This document shows, piece after piece, positions 63,953-64,000 of a stretch of 64,000 bases of DNA (position 1 is the first letter of the stretch; each line of letters starts with the position of its first letter). The notes below the pieces were generated by a model, which saw nothing but the letters and a program-made list of their open reading frames with translations, was not told where the DNA came from and made no database searches. Made by a program: the position numbers and the translations under genes. The DNA comes from Eledone cirrhosa (Eukaryota). The stretch is taken from positions 5,084,001 to 5,148,000 of the forward strand of contig OZ024762.1 of NCBI GenBank assembly GCA_964016885.1. Reading direction: 5' to 3'.

Positions 63953-64000
63953 ATACACCCACCTCCAAAAAAATGGCTGACTGAAACACGTGCTTTTTAC

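Overview
Eukaryotic, AT-rich, extremely repeat-dense genomic DNA. The SINE families, (TA)n/(CA)n/(CAC)n expanses and RTE relics look like a coleoid cephalopod (Octopus-like); this is inferred, not searched. Nearly all six-frame ORFs are microsatellite artefacts. The only credible host coding sequence is an orphan minus-strand ORF (41535-40150, 461 aa from the first ATG), with a candidate splice acceptor, an overlapping uORF and upstream RFX X-box-like motifs. The rest is decayed mobile DNA: tRNA-headed SINEs, RTE, Tx1/L1, CR1/L2 and R4/Dong-like LINE fragments, mariner and hAT transposase relics, TTAA-flanked piggyBac-type MITEs, hAT MITEs with 8-bp TSDs, and minisatellites, many grown from TE pieces. 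The most notable signal is a set of minimal type I hammerhead ribozyme motifs (CUGANGA...GAAA...NUH) from several sequence families. They sit in short ORF-less segments, mostly next to (TA)n, and are often arranged as long inverted repeats, including a 360-bp near-perfect palindrome at 7600-7959. This fits Penelope-like element pseudo-LTR relics or a retrozyme-like non-autonomous family. All coordinates and folds were read by eye.
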